A stretch of DNA of 64,000 bases from Ramazzottius varieornatus (GCA_001949185.1 BDGG01000001.1:4949624-5013623); one strand, 5' to 3'; shown: positions 11,816-24,841, counted from the stretch's first letter. A program made the numbers and translations. Notes: generated from the sequence alone by a model not told the origin.

Positions 11816-14800
11816 ATGCCAATATCGCCTCCTCGCGAACGTCTTCTTGTCCTCCTCGTCGCGACTGCATACATCCTTTTCATAGTAGCAGCCAGGTCCG
11901 CAGGTCGAGCTGGCCATGCAGCCCGTCGTGCTGACTATCACGGAGGCCACACCCACGGACACCTGCTCTCGTCCTCATCCGATCACCACGTCCAGTACTT
12001 GGAAGTACAATCTACGCTATCTCCACACCTCAAGAACAGGGACGCCATCTTCCACAGACGACTTGCACGGCGCCGTCTGGAGCGCTTGCGTCCATCCTAT
12101 GCTTTGATTTACCCGCGAATTTTGAAGCTTGTCCATCGTTTCTCTCCTCTTTTCGACTTCCTCAACCAGTCCTCGTCGGTCTGGGACAGTCGGAAAAGAC
12201 TTGAGCAACCGAGCGGTTTCCGCGTTCGTCTCGATATGGAGCTAAACGATGCGCCACTGCGAGTCGTCCTGCGCAAGAGCGGAAGTCGGCTGACCAGTCT
12301 GCCCTCACACGAAACCAGCCCGCTGAAAAGAGGATCCACTCGCCACGACGACCGTGCTCAAATGGACAGCAGTAACGCTCGAGGTGATTCGGTTTTGACA
12401 TTGTATCGACCATCCTTGAAATGATCAAATCTCGAGAAAACAGTCAAACTGGTACCGCCGTTAGTTTGCCCGATGTAATAAGATAGTGCACAGTTTAGTA
12501 GAAAAGAAAGTGAAATGTTTGAAGTTGACAGAGTGGACCTGACGATGCTGGACGACGAATTACACGGAACACTGCAACTGAACGACCAGGAGCTCAAGAT
12601 TTCCCCTCTGACCAAGCCGTACCGTCGACGTCTCGGACTGCGCCTACCAGTCTCTGCTCATGTATTACGACATCACCAGAGAAAATCTACAGACGACGAG
12701 AACATGCAGTTCCAGAGCAGACAGTCTTCCCAACGAGACAGACCGCGATCGTCTGACAGAGAGCGCCCCGAAAGTCGGGACTCTCGGAACCGCGACAGAC
12801 CGCGTTCTTCCGACCGTGACAGACCACCAAGCTCTACAGGCAGGGATACCCCACGTGGTCCTCCCGACGAACGAAGAGATCGTGACCGCGACAGAGACAG
12901 GAGCTCTAGAGGTAGAGACACTGGTCGACGCCCACCTGACCGACAAAATAACCGTGACCGGGACCGTGACCGAGACAGGGGTTCGTCTGAACGAAGAAAC
13001 GATCGGCCCTCCTCCGACCGGGAAGATTCGCGACGCTCAGGACGGCGTGACGGACGAGAGCGTGAGCTGGCGCATCAAAACGATGATGGTGGCAGACGGG
13101 AAAGGGGTCCAAACCGGAACCGCGATCGAGGTCGTGAAGGAGGTAGAGTTTCGGCCGGACCAGCAAATCGGAGAAAAAACGACGACGAGCGTCCGTCGCG
13201 CTCGGGTGTAGACTCAAGCAGGAAAGGCGTTGGGAAGGGAAACAGTTCGCGGCGCAGAGCCAAAGACCGCGGCCGGAGTAGTAAAAGAAAATCCACGCGC
13301 CGCCCGTCTGATAGCAGGAACGCACCTCCACCTGGACAGGAGCCAAGGAGACAGGCCAAGCCGGTTCCCAGTCCGAAGCAGAGTTCACCACAATCTGCCC
13401 GTGGACAAGCCCCACCTGCCAAAGCAAGTGCACCCAAGACGCAAGCGTCGTCACAAGGCGGTGTCAATCCGGCACCGAAGCGTGTTAGGAAACCTGCGCC
13501 AAAAGCGGTAAAGAGGAAACCAAAAGCTGTAAGGAGGAAACCAAAAGCTGTGGTGAGAAAGAAAGTGCAACTCATCGCAGAACGGGCACCCCCAAGTAGT
13601 CTGGCATCTAATAAACCAGTTGAAACCGGACCAGTCATGCCATACCAGAGTAACCTCGCTGAAGGAAACTTTATTGTTATCAAGTTATTCTTTGCGTTTG
13701 ATATGTCAGAATGGTTCACCAGAGAAAATATCGAGGTGGGTTGACTTATGAGGTATCTTTGAAAAAACAACGGTTAGTAACAATGGTTTTCCAGACGACA
13801 ATCGGCGACAAAAAGACCACCCTGAGGACTCCGGAAGCAGTTTTCACCCACATGTATAATGTAGCGCAGACACTGATTGACGAGCTCTTCGCACCGGAGA
13901 AGGTCACGCTGGTTCTTTCGAACATCAACGTTGAGTACAAGGTATTTCCAGGTCTGAAACCTGGAGACAGCTTGAAGACCCCTCTTCCGGATGTTCTGAA
14001 AAATGTCTGCGCTTCCAAAACGGGAGTACCTGGTGAGAGTAACTACTTCAAGAGAAGAGATGGAAGTAACACGGATATGCACTTCCAAATTATTTTCGGT
14101 AAGATTGCACGTGGAGTGAAATCAATGTCGTCCAGAACGTGATTGGATCAGTTTCGCGTCTGTATTGCAGGCTCAAAAAATCCGCCACCGTTGAAAGGAG
14201 CATCAGTCATGAAAGAACTTCTCGATGTCAATCACAGGCACCTGTACAAGAATCACTCACTTGGGCCGTCTTTCGATAGCCATCGGCAAAAGATACGAAA
14301 CTCCCGTATACGGTATTACTTTAGACCCTTCCTCCGAAAACGAAAAGGCTGGAATGTCACTTATCGTACCCGACGACCTACAGCTGCCACTACGGCTTCC
14401 ACGTTGATCACAACCCAGAAAGAAATCTGGGAAGTTGTTCACACAGTGTAGGTCACGCAGTCTGTTTGCCGTTTGCAGTCGTGCTGAAACAGTTTGGCGA
14501 TCTGTATTGTGTTGTAGCCCAACAACCACGACGACAACCACTACGACTACCACCAAGCCGATTACAACCACCACAAAGAACACAACCACTACGACGAAAC
14601 CACCCACCTCCAAGCATATGAACACCACCACCAGGCCACCCCTAAAGCCCATGATGAAGCGAGTGCTGAAAAAGATAAAGAAGAAAGTCAAGCTTCCTGA
14701 CGGTACAGAAGGCGAAGAAACGGTGGAAGAATGGGTCGATGAACCTATTGAGACGACCACGACTTCCAAACCGACAACCAAGCCCACATCTCCGAAAACA

Positions 14801-17383
14801 ACCAAAAAACCAGCTCCTGCCCCTGTGAAAACCACGACTAAAGCCCGACCAACGACAAGAAAGACGGTGAGGACCACCCCGCCTCGCCCAACCACCCGCA
14901 GACCTGTGCCGGCGACTACCAAAAGATTGGTGAGGATGACAACGACAGCTCGTAAGCGGCAAAAACCAAGTACAACTACGGAAGAACCGGAAGAAGAAGG
15001 CGAGGAGGAGTCTAAGACAGGCAGAGACGCGTTCGGTAATCCATACAAGGCAGCCACCACCACTGCACTGACCACCGTTCCGAGGAAGGTCGTAACGAAG
15101 AAACCACAGCCTACCACCACGACCACCAAAGCACCAGAAAGCGAAGAAGGAGAGAAGGAAGATGAAGAGACCACCCCTACGCCGGAGCAAAAAGCGCCAC
15201 CGGCAAAGACGACACAGGCAGGAAAGACGTCGAACAAGCCACCTCACAGTAAATTCAAGAGTGCGGATGATGAGGAAGAAGCTTCAAATCCCTACGGTAT
15301 GCCATTTGGCAAGAAGAAGCGAAGGAAAACAACGAGAACAACTCCTCTCGTAAGCCCCCAACTCACCACAGCGAAACCAACTACTCCCACCACGACAACA
15401 AGCACCACGGAAGCAGCTGAAGAGCCCGAAGAAGAGGAAGAGGAGGGTGTTCCGTATGGAGGAAAAACAGTAACAACGACGACAAACAGACCTACTACGA
15501 CGACGAGGAAGACCACTCGGAAGCGCCGACCCAAAACAACTGCGACGACAATGAGCACAACGACGACGACCGAAGAGACAGAAGAGCCGGAAGAAGAGGA
15601 GGAAGAAACAGCAGAACCCACCACACCAACTACTACAAAGAAACCGACGACTAAGAGACGGAATCGTACGAGGCGAAGGAAACTGACAACACGAAAACTA
15701 ACCACGACCACAACCACGACCGAAGAGCCCGAGGAGGAGGAGGAAGAAGAGGAAACTGAACCAATTACACAGCCAACAACACCGAAGCCCAAACCAACTA
15801 GAAAGAAACCGAAACGACGAACAACTACTCGTACTACCCTAGCGAGAATAACGATGAAACAGTCTACTTCAACCACACCGCTACCTGAAGAAGAGACCGA
15901 GGAACCCGAGTACCCGGAGGAAGAGGCAACCGACTTGACCACAGCAACGACCACGATGAAACCTAAGTCAACTACAACAAAAGCGAAACCTGTAACGACT
16001 TTCAGTGCCACCATGCCACCAGCTGTAACCACGACAGGACCACTAACGGAATGGACAGAGGAATGGCCTGAGGAATGGCCTCAGGAATGGCCCGAACAGC
16101 CTCAACAGGAATGGACAACTCCACCTCCACCTACCGTGACCAAACCACCGGTCACACTAGCCCCCACGACAGCTCCTCCAACCAAGACCACAAAATTACC
16201 TTCCACCGCTATACCAACTCTACCTCCGATGATTATAGAAAGTACAGATTACCCGGACGAAGTCACAGATGAATGGGGACAACTAATCGGCGCGGAGGAC
16301 AGTTCATACAACTATCCAACAATTCCACCCATTCCTACGAAACCAACCGAGGCTATCAAACCTCCGACTGTACCAGGAACCGCACCACCACCCACAACTT
16401 TAGCTGCCGTGACGACAACGACAACACGTCCTACAACAAAACGGACCACGACTGCGACTACCACCACTACCACCACGACACCTACCACCACGACTACCAC
16501 CCCTACCACTACAACAACTACCACCCCTACCACCACCACCACCACCACCACCACCACCCCTACCACCACAACAACTACCACCCCTACCACCACCACCACC
16601 CCTACCACCACAACAACTACCACCCCTACCACCACCACCACCACCACCACCCCTACCACTACAACAACTACCACTACAACTACAACCACAAAGAAGCCAG
16701 AAACTACCTCAACGACACCTATCATAACCTCACCGACACCGAGTAGTACCACCAAGAAGCCTGAGGAACCAATCAGTTCCCACCTCCATGGCGCTACGTA
16801 TATTGGCGGTTATTGCAACAGTAATATAGCAGAGCGTTGCTCCATTCTGAATCTCAAATCACTCAGAGGCCTAGCAGGAGCCATTCAGCTTGTCCATGAA
16901 GTAGCCAACGCTATTGGCATCCGGGACGATGGTGACGGTAACGACTGCGCCCCAGCAGACGGTTTAATCATGTCCCACCAGACCATCGCCGGGCTGCACG
17001 ACGAGGTTACAAGGAAACCAACCTGGAGTAAGTGTTCGATGCAACAGGCGCAGCAGCTACTTCAGTCAAACCCGGACTGCTTCGATGCGGAGAAGGGCAT
17101 GGTGGACCGTACGGCAATGAGCCAGTATCAGAACCCGAATGACTACAAGTTTGGTACGGAACTGAGCAAGGTCTGTGAAGCCGAGTTTGTGGGAAGTGTG
17201 GCTGTGCTAGACACAGATGACTTAGTGGAATGCGACAGTCTCCAGTGTCGCTCTATATCTGGGTCGGTGATGGATTATGGGTATCCATTGCCATACTACA
17301 GTGCGTGCAGTATGAGGGATAAGAATGCGCATTGTGAGAACAATGTGTGTTACGTGCCGGACGAGTATCGAGCCATCACTTAA
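11816..17383 (+). CDS. ADAMTS/reprolysin (M12B)-like secreted protein with degenerate zinc motif and large mucin insertion (exons approx. 11816-~12390, ~12495-13735, 13795-14098, 14171-14446, 14518-17383)
   Basis: Signal peptide; prodomain-like segments (YALIYPRI; LHGTLQLNDQELKISPL...HVL); metalloprotease-like N-half (IVIKLFFAFD...HMYNVAQTL...VTLVLSNI); C-half GATYIGGYC...CSI...HEVANAIGIRDDGDGNDC...IMS...WSKCS; ADAMTS-like Cys-rich tail. First intron boundaries are uncertain. Confidence 0.8.
16441..16690 (+). repeat. Coding ACC/ACT/ACA tandem repeat encoding poly-Thr with interspersed Pro (PTTTTTT)n
   Basis: Directly visible cctaccacc... repeats within the mucin exon. Confidence 0.95.
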
Positions 17384-17751
17384 CCCTCTTGAGCTGCGAG
17401 TAGATCGTTCTCCATGTTTCTAATTTAAATCTTTGTCTGAATGCTCTGTCACTGTCAAAGTGAGTTACTGATACGCTTTTTCGTGCTCATTGGGAGCTCT
17501 CTTGCTGGTGAACTGTTTCTTGGGTGATATAATTCGTTTCATCCTACTTTTTTTCTGATTGAGTATTTTTTTCCATTTTACGCTGTTACCCTGAGCGGAA
17601 GCAGGAAGGAATTTCATTAGTGCCGTGTTTGGTCAAAACGAATACAGAAATGCTTGTCAATTGTATTAAGTTAAACGAGCAAGCTTCTACAAACTTGCTG
17701 GCGGTAGTGAGTTGAAGCTTGCTTGCGTGACGTAATATACTGTGAGAAGCA

Positions 17752-18543
17752 TCACTGTATCAATGCAAGAATGATCGCGGACGTCCAAACGAAGAGTGAC
17801 ATTTCAGTAAACTTCGTAACTTTTTTGCCGGAAGCAGCGTATTCACGGACGATGGTACAGTTTGAGCACGGTGTGATCATTGGCGGAACAGTTGCCGTCG
17901 TACGACATCTGCCATCATGAAAGGCACAGTGCAACGCCTCATTTCCAGTTATGTTGTACAGCTCGCGGAAAGGAACGAACGGACCGTAGTTACATCCGGC
18001 CATCTGGCACACGTGTTTCATAACAGGATAGAATGTCCTTGGAGAAACTCGGAGACGATTTCCCGGTTGCCCGGTAAGGATTCATACCGGGTTCGTGATC
18101 GTCATAAACTTCGTCCTCGTGATTTATACACCGTCTTGCCACTGTCCCTAACAAAAGCCGGTTGTTCATGTGCTCCGAGCCATGGGTTACCCCTCGTCAC
18201 AGGGCTTACCGTAATCTGGATGGGTTTTGTTGTAGTACACCGTGACACAAGACTGACTCTCGGGCGGTCTGTCTTCCGCGACGGTTTTGTTCCCACATGG
18301 ACCTAAAAAGCACTCATTTGCGCCCTGCTCGAACATACAGTCTGCTCTCGATACTTTCTCATTGCACTGGTAGCACTTCGGGTTCGCCAACCATTCCGGA
18401 GACGCTTTGTGTGGTTCGTGGACAATGACAACAGCCTGCCGTAGAGCGCTGTTGCTTGGTACAGTGGAGGATGCTGCTGTGAGAAACACAGCACTACAGA
18501 ACGAAAAGGGTCCTGCGGCTGCTGGATGGGCACGAAGACTCAT
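17752..18543 (-). CDS. Possible Ly6/three-finger-like, GPI-anchored Cys-rich protein
   Basis: KCYQC...DC...C...C...SC exon; spliced exon GTVARRCIN; final segment with CQMAGCN and hydrophobic C-terminus SLFVWTSAIILALIQ*. The last junction needs a weak 40-nt intron or a frameshift. Confidence 0.45.
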
Positions 18544-20782
18544 CGTAGCTCATCGCTCTTCAAGCAGACTAATCAGATTAAGCAACACCATACGTTGAAA
18601 TCGAATTCCGATGAAGCAACAGTTAGCCAACCCTACTAGAGCTCATATTTTTATTAGAGGCTTTGAAGTCTGAGCGCTCTCGTGAATCAATTTCAGCCTC
18701 AACTAACGGGGTAAACACGGGTGCATGTTTCTATAGTATCTGGTGCGGAAGTATGGCTTGTTACTCCTCCGACGATAGTTTTAAAAAGATTGTCCTGACT
18801 TTGAACTTTGGGAATTTGATCGGGTTATCCTCCCATAGTAGCAAAGTACCACAGTCATTTGTTTTCGGGCAGCGAGCTCATGCCCTTTCCGTCGGAGCAC
18901 GGGAGAAGAGAAAAGATAAAATCTCCTGAGCGGTTTTTTGCAGCCTCTTTGGGGCAAATTGTTCTTTTTCGACGGGGGTGTCTAACTTTTCGACAGGGAG
19001 ATAATCCTTCGGTTTCAGATCACTTTCTGCTTTGCGGAAGAGAGTTTCCAGTTCCACCTCCTGCACTTTTGTGGAAGTGTTTTGTTAAATGTACACTCTA
19101 GAGCTGACTTGCAACAGGAGTCCTTTGAGAAGACTGAATAGTATCGTTTAGTAAACGGCAAGTTTTTTTATCATTTTTCCCCGTTCCAGAGAGGTCTAGT
19201 CTATAGCTATCGTTATGCTGCGGAGAAGGATTTTACCGCGGTCTAGACTGTAAGATACAGTACTGTAGCAACCAGACAGTAATCATAATGTTCCTTGGGT
19301 GTCGCTCGCGATTTGATATTTTCTGTGGTACTTCCGCTCTTTCGAAACATTCCAGTTTTCGCTTCAGAAAATTCTACAAAGTCCATTCTCCGTCACTGAC
19401 AACAATGAGATGTAAGGATCGGTTCGCTCATTCAGGAATGGGAAGCTACGGAAAGACCAATTCTGCGTTCATCGTTAAATCCGCGAGGTAAACGGGGCAC
19501 CCGATTCCCTAATTGTTTTGCCTTCCCGTTTTGTCAAAGTGTTCAGCAAGGATTACATAAGGCACCTTAAAGTCTTTTAGGGATTGCACAAGAGTTGGGG
19601 CAGAATCTGGTTCAACAAACTCCCTGCGGACGTTGTTGTCCAACTTCAGTTTCGGTCTTACCGTTGGGGTGAATTCCACCCAAGAGAACTCCAGAGCGGA
19701 GAAGATCCACCCAGTCTCCTACGGTTCATTTATTACCTGCCTTTCTACGAGACACGAGCATATCTTTGCGCCTGTGTGTTGATACCTTGAGAAAATTCAA
19801 ACACTTGAATTGTACAAATTTTCTGTCTGCCATGTTACTCTTTGGTACGAATCGGGAAAATGAATGATATCAGGCTTCCGTTTTGCCTGTGGCACGGCCG
19901 GCTGTATTTCAGTACATGAACGCTCTGGCTGGGTATGGTCCGCAGTGACGTAGTTCGTCCGCAATGACGTGGAACATCAGAAGAAATAAGTGAAATAGCT
20001 AGACAAAGAACGAAGCATGAACCGCTACAACGCAAAAGTGTGCGGTGCAGTCATAAAGTGCGGTTCTTTCGCCAGGTTTCTGAGACAAAGTTTTCTCGCA
20101 GGGAGCTGCCGACGTCCCAGAATCGTACAAACTTCTGTTGTTCCTTTTAACGTAATTTTGTCGTCGATGTGAGAAAGCATAGTCTTCAGCATGACTTTTC
20201 TGACAAATCTAGACCATCATGGCCGCCTGTATGCCGACGTGTTGCGCGAGCTACTCGTACTGTTCTTTGTTGTCGTCCGGCCTACATTCACACCACTCAG
20301 GCCCATCCAACAGTCAAGTTTTACCGTTACTACCTGAAAGACCCACCTCTCGCGCACTCTTGCCACTCTTTCAAGATCAGTAGCTATTACGACTTCATGC
20401 AAGAACGCTTCTTTCCGTCTTCGCGCGTACTTGTAGATGCTGTGGGGTGTGCAAAAGCCCTAACAGTTCTGTGTACCTGTACTGAGCACCGCACCTTCTG
20501 AGCAGCAGCTTCATAGGCTTAGCTCGACTGGTCAGCTGGTGTGACAGTTGTGCGTCATTGCAACTGTAACCAGCTCACATCCGCTTCCGATCAACCTCGA
20601 ACGCTTCATGATCAGACGTCTCTTCTTTCTTTGGCCTGACTTTGTAACCAAGAATCGTGCTTCGTTTACCGCGTGCTCCAATTAACTTTCCATGATTCAC
20701 TTTTCATTTCAAAACTCCACTTCTTGAACCTTGACTTTATTGGAGTCGACAGCTTTCCGATGGACTTTCTTCGGACATTTCT

Positions 20783-23700
20783 ATGATGGATCCTGAGATC
20801 TGGAACATCTACTGCCAGATATCGTCTGAGCCTACATCTAGGTGTTGTGGACATGGTGTGCGGGGTACTTCGCGCGAACACCATCACGACATTTCCCGTC
20901 CTCGAAAATACGAGCGGAGAAAACGTTTGTTTCCAAACGTTCGATTACAGCCAAGGTTGTGGCCCTCACTTCTGTCGTTTCCTTACTGGATTCTATGGAT
21001 TATGCTTTTAACAGTATCGGGTGAGTCGACCTCGAGGTTTCAGATATTATTCGACGGGTAAGCAATTGCAAAGTTTCTCCGGTCATGGTATTCCGCTGTT
21101 GCCGCGGATAATGAGGACAATGAGTGAACTTCTCGGTTGAATACCGTTTTGCAGCATTGCTGCTTACGAGCGCTGAGTTAGTTCTGCTCTATAGGCGCCA
21201 CTTGCCGTAAATCACGGTATACAGCTCGTGCCTTCTAAGTCCCGTCATTATCATTGACTGTTTCAGAAAGCTCGCACTGAGTTCCAGCGCATTTATCACG
21301 TCAGGCCAGGTGTAAACTATCCTGGCTTATAGTGAATGGAACTTCGGACTGTTCGATTTGTCCATTTCGACCTATAATACGTACAAATCGGGGAAACCGC
21401 GTTTAGTGGTTTCTCGTTACTCCTTTTTTCGCCCATATGAAACATTTGCGCTTCGTGTACTACCGGCACTTCTAGGAAGCAATCCGATAAGTAGACCGAA
21501 CAAGTTCACATGATTACCGCGTTGGTGATCGATCTCTGACATTAAGGCCAACAAAGACCCTGAAGGCCGGCACGCCGGTGTGCTCGCTACTCTTGACAGA
21601 AAGAGACAAAATTCACGAAGTTGGGCGAGAAGAGGCACAACGAACTTCTAGATCTGTTTATGGCACAACGTTTGCCGTCAGCACTCGGAATGTCTCATCA
21701 CCGGTGCACTATCACCCACATTTAGAAGACAGCTCAACTCATCACGAAAAAATCGAGTCTCGGAAACGTTACGATCGCAGCAAGCTGTATAGAAATCAGC
21801 CCCATTAGCTTTAACCCAGTGCTCTCGCTTTAAAAATGAGTGATTCGACAGAGCAACAGATATATTGAACTTTCTAGCTTTTTTAGGTGTTCTCCGCCCA
21901 GTTTCCTGTCAGATAGTGCCACGCTCGACACGACACAGTCCCCTAATCGTAATAAACTCGACGTCTGATATCGGCGACCCTCCCGACGATGCCGGTATTA
22001 CTCCCGGCACTCTTGCTTTCCTCAAAGACCTGTTCGATCGTGATGATCGCCAAAAGCGCCAAGAGCTCCCCGTGGACAACGATACCCTCAGCACAAGCAG
22101 TTGGTCGACCAGTAGTACTGCAGCTGCAAACCTACCAAAGAATGCTGTCCTACTCGACAGCCTCTTGCTCAAAACACGGCCACGGCCCGCTTTCTCACCT
22201 TCAACATCCACCGATCCCACAACTGCTGCTACTCCTACCACCACAATGGTTACGACGAGCAGTATAGTCAACACAACGCACAATAGTGCAGAAGATAGAC
22301 AAGCTAAACGTCAACAAACCGGACGACCCAACTTTTTCTACCTGGGCTCTGGTGTGAACGGCGATATTTCTTGGTCCGACTTTGATACCGAAGCCGAACA
22401 AGAAGCCCGTAGAAGCCTTACTACCACCACCAGTACCATGAACCCTATCCCTACCCGGCTTCCCTTCCCCTTCATGTCAATTACGAATGTCACGTCTACC
22501 ATTCCACCTACCAGACGAACTTATCCTCCTAGTTCACCCGAGTCACCCGTAATAGTGCCGCGAACCAGCAACAATGGCAACGGTCCTTCCATAATGAGCA
22601 GTCGCTTTACCGTCAGGGACCCTTCCGACATTCCTCCGCCGTTCGCTCGACTACCTGCTTCTAATGGTCTCAATTCAGATAGGACCTCTGTGAATGGTAG
22701 AGAAAACCTAGCGGCTTCTTTCTATGGCTCTGCAGCGAGCGATAACGAGGCAAAGCTGAGACCAAGCGGTAACGCCGAAGATGCGTCGGAAGATGCCAAG
22801 GCCAGAAGAAGACAAGGATCGGTATTTGCGGCGCCTAGTCCCGTACAGCCTGTACCTGGCCAGGACGACAACGCGGTAAGGATACGAGGCCGACCTAACT
22901 ACGGTTCGAGTAATTCACTTGGCGGTCAAGGTGGTAGACCAGGTTCGCGACCGGCTGCAGGTGGGGATCCCAGGACGAAGATACCGTTCGATCTGGATGC
23001 TTCCCCGTCGGTACCAACGGATGCCCATGATGACGGGATTAAGCTGGAGACCTGCAGCCTGGGAGATGATTCGACGTGTAACCAGGCGGCATATGAAGTG
23101 TGCAGAAATGAAGATGGAGCGACAACGTGTAGCTGTAAACTGGGAACGGGTCGCCAACATCTGCGGGACGTCTGTCAGGGTAATACGGAGAACCTCACTG
23201 ATTATATTTGGAAATACAGTAAGTTAATTGACTAAAGGCTGGATTGCTCTTTTTTAGGCGTCTTCTCGTTCTACGTATATTTGCGATGTAACCGACTGTA
23301 TGATCGACAGCTGTCCTTCGGCCCAGCATTTGCCAATCGGAAGTCGTACCCGTATACAGTTCTGGAACGGGAAATACAGCTGGGCGTAGGTACCTCTCTT
23401 AGAGTACTGAAATATATGATACTCCACGAGATTTCTCTTATTCCAGGTCGACAGTATCATGCGAGCCACTTCATTTGCTCCTCAATACGTCGGAAGTCAC
23501 GTCAACTCCTTCTCCGCCTTCGCTGAGGATCTCCTAGCCAACGTGACCGTCACATTCTTCCCACCATCTAACCTCCTCTCCGACACTAATAGCCTCGCCC
23601 TGACCACGCGACTTCAAGAAGCCATCCTAGACAAACTCCGTGAATCCGAACGCCGACTTGGTATAAGTAACGTCTACGTCAGCAGTCTCCTCACCGCCGT

Positions 23701-24841
23701 GGCCGGTGTCCAAGACATCAACGAGTGCGCCTTCCGCGACCTGAACGACTGTGCCGCCAACAACTCCATCTGCACAAACACGCCGGGAACCTTCCTATGT
23801 ACATGTAGGGCCGGGTATGGAGATCGGTACGCCAGTGATCCATTGCGGAGCGGGCGAGTGTGCGAAACCTGTGAGGATGCCTTCTGTAACCAGCACGGGA
23901 TCTGCTTACTGAGTGATGCAGGGAAGAAGACGTGTCAGTGTAACGGCTGGTACATCGGGACTCATTGTGAAACCGATGGGCAGGTGGTGGCGGTGGCGTG
24001 TGGGTCTTCGGCCATCGCCCTGATTTTGATCGCGGTTACCCTGGTCTTCCTTCTTCGTTGGAGGTAAGTGGGACTTGGGCAGACAAATCCGCCCAAATCG
24101 CCATCAGCAAGTGGCGCGTGATCATTTATATTGGCTGAGAGGGTGCGCCACTTGGAAAAACGATCTGGGTTAAGCCATTCGCCGACGTCCCGAATGTTAT
24201 TACGCTTGATTTCCAAATGGGCGTATTTTTCGATTAGATATTCAGAAAACATTTGTGAATGCTTACATGGCTCATTAACCTACCTTTTCAGCCGGAGCAG
24301 CGGCCACTCGACAGGAACGAGTGATCAGCCAGCTTCGACGTTAGCGCGTTCGGAAATAAGTGGCGGAACGTTCACATACGTCAAGACGGGCGGCGGGACG
24401 CGGCGTTTACCTACTGTAGCGGCCACGCAGTCATTAGAACGACGATTGCGAATGGCCTATCTCGTTCATCCTTCATTGCTCAGCGAGGTCAGCACTTTCT
24501 TTCTGACGTTTATGCACCTTTCACTAGCCCCAATTCTGTTTGATTGATAGATGGCGGGCCATCTCGAGCAGGACGGCGCGGTGCATGACAACAACTTCTA
24601 CGAGGTCCGACCTCCACCTGGCCGCCTGGGACCGACAACGGTCAATCAAGGCGGCAACACTGTCGCTGAACGAGCAGCTAATTATACCCAAGCGAGAGTC
24701 AACGAGGAAGGAGAGGCGCGGCCAAGAGTGGGTAGTGATCCCGAGAGCTATCAGTCGGAGGAATCTGGAGCAGCCAGCGATAAGCAGCTGCAGAAGAAAG
24801 CTATCCGACCTGGAATCAGGCCTTCTGCTGGCTTGAAGTGA
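20783..24841 (+). CDS. Transmembrane mucin-like protein with EGF, SEA-like, Ca-binding EGF, EGF and TM domains (resembles pawn / 63 kDa sperm flagellar membrane protein architecture); 6 exons
   Basis: Hydrophobic leader ending exon 1 (21020); S/T/P-rich exon 21887-23179 ending in an EGF repeat; SEA-like segment; DINEC..LNDC..CTNTPGTFLCTC cbEGF; CQCNGWYIGTHCE; TM AVACGSSAIALILIAVTLVFLL; cytoplasmic exons to stop 24841. Start codon uncertain. Confidence 0.8.

Noticed and set aside
13075-13770. Hydrophobic 231-aa minus-strand ORF
   Set aside because: Antisense shadow of the Lys/Arg-rich exon of the ADAMTS-like gene.
16441-16690. Regular repeat considered as CRISPR or telomeric array
   Set aside because: No unique spacers, eukaryotic context, and it is in-frame coding poly-Thr.
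14257-16755. Long Val-rich minus-strand ORFs and the His/Tyr-rich + ORF 16273-16746
   Set aside because: Antisense and alternate-frame shadows of the Thr-codon repeats in the mucin exon.
18878-19066. ELETLFRKAESDL resembles the SKA2 N-terminus
   Set aside because: Similarity stops after about 13 residues and no supporting exons were found; likely chance.
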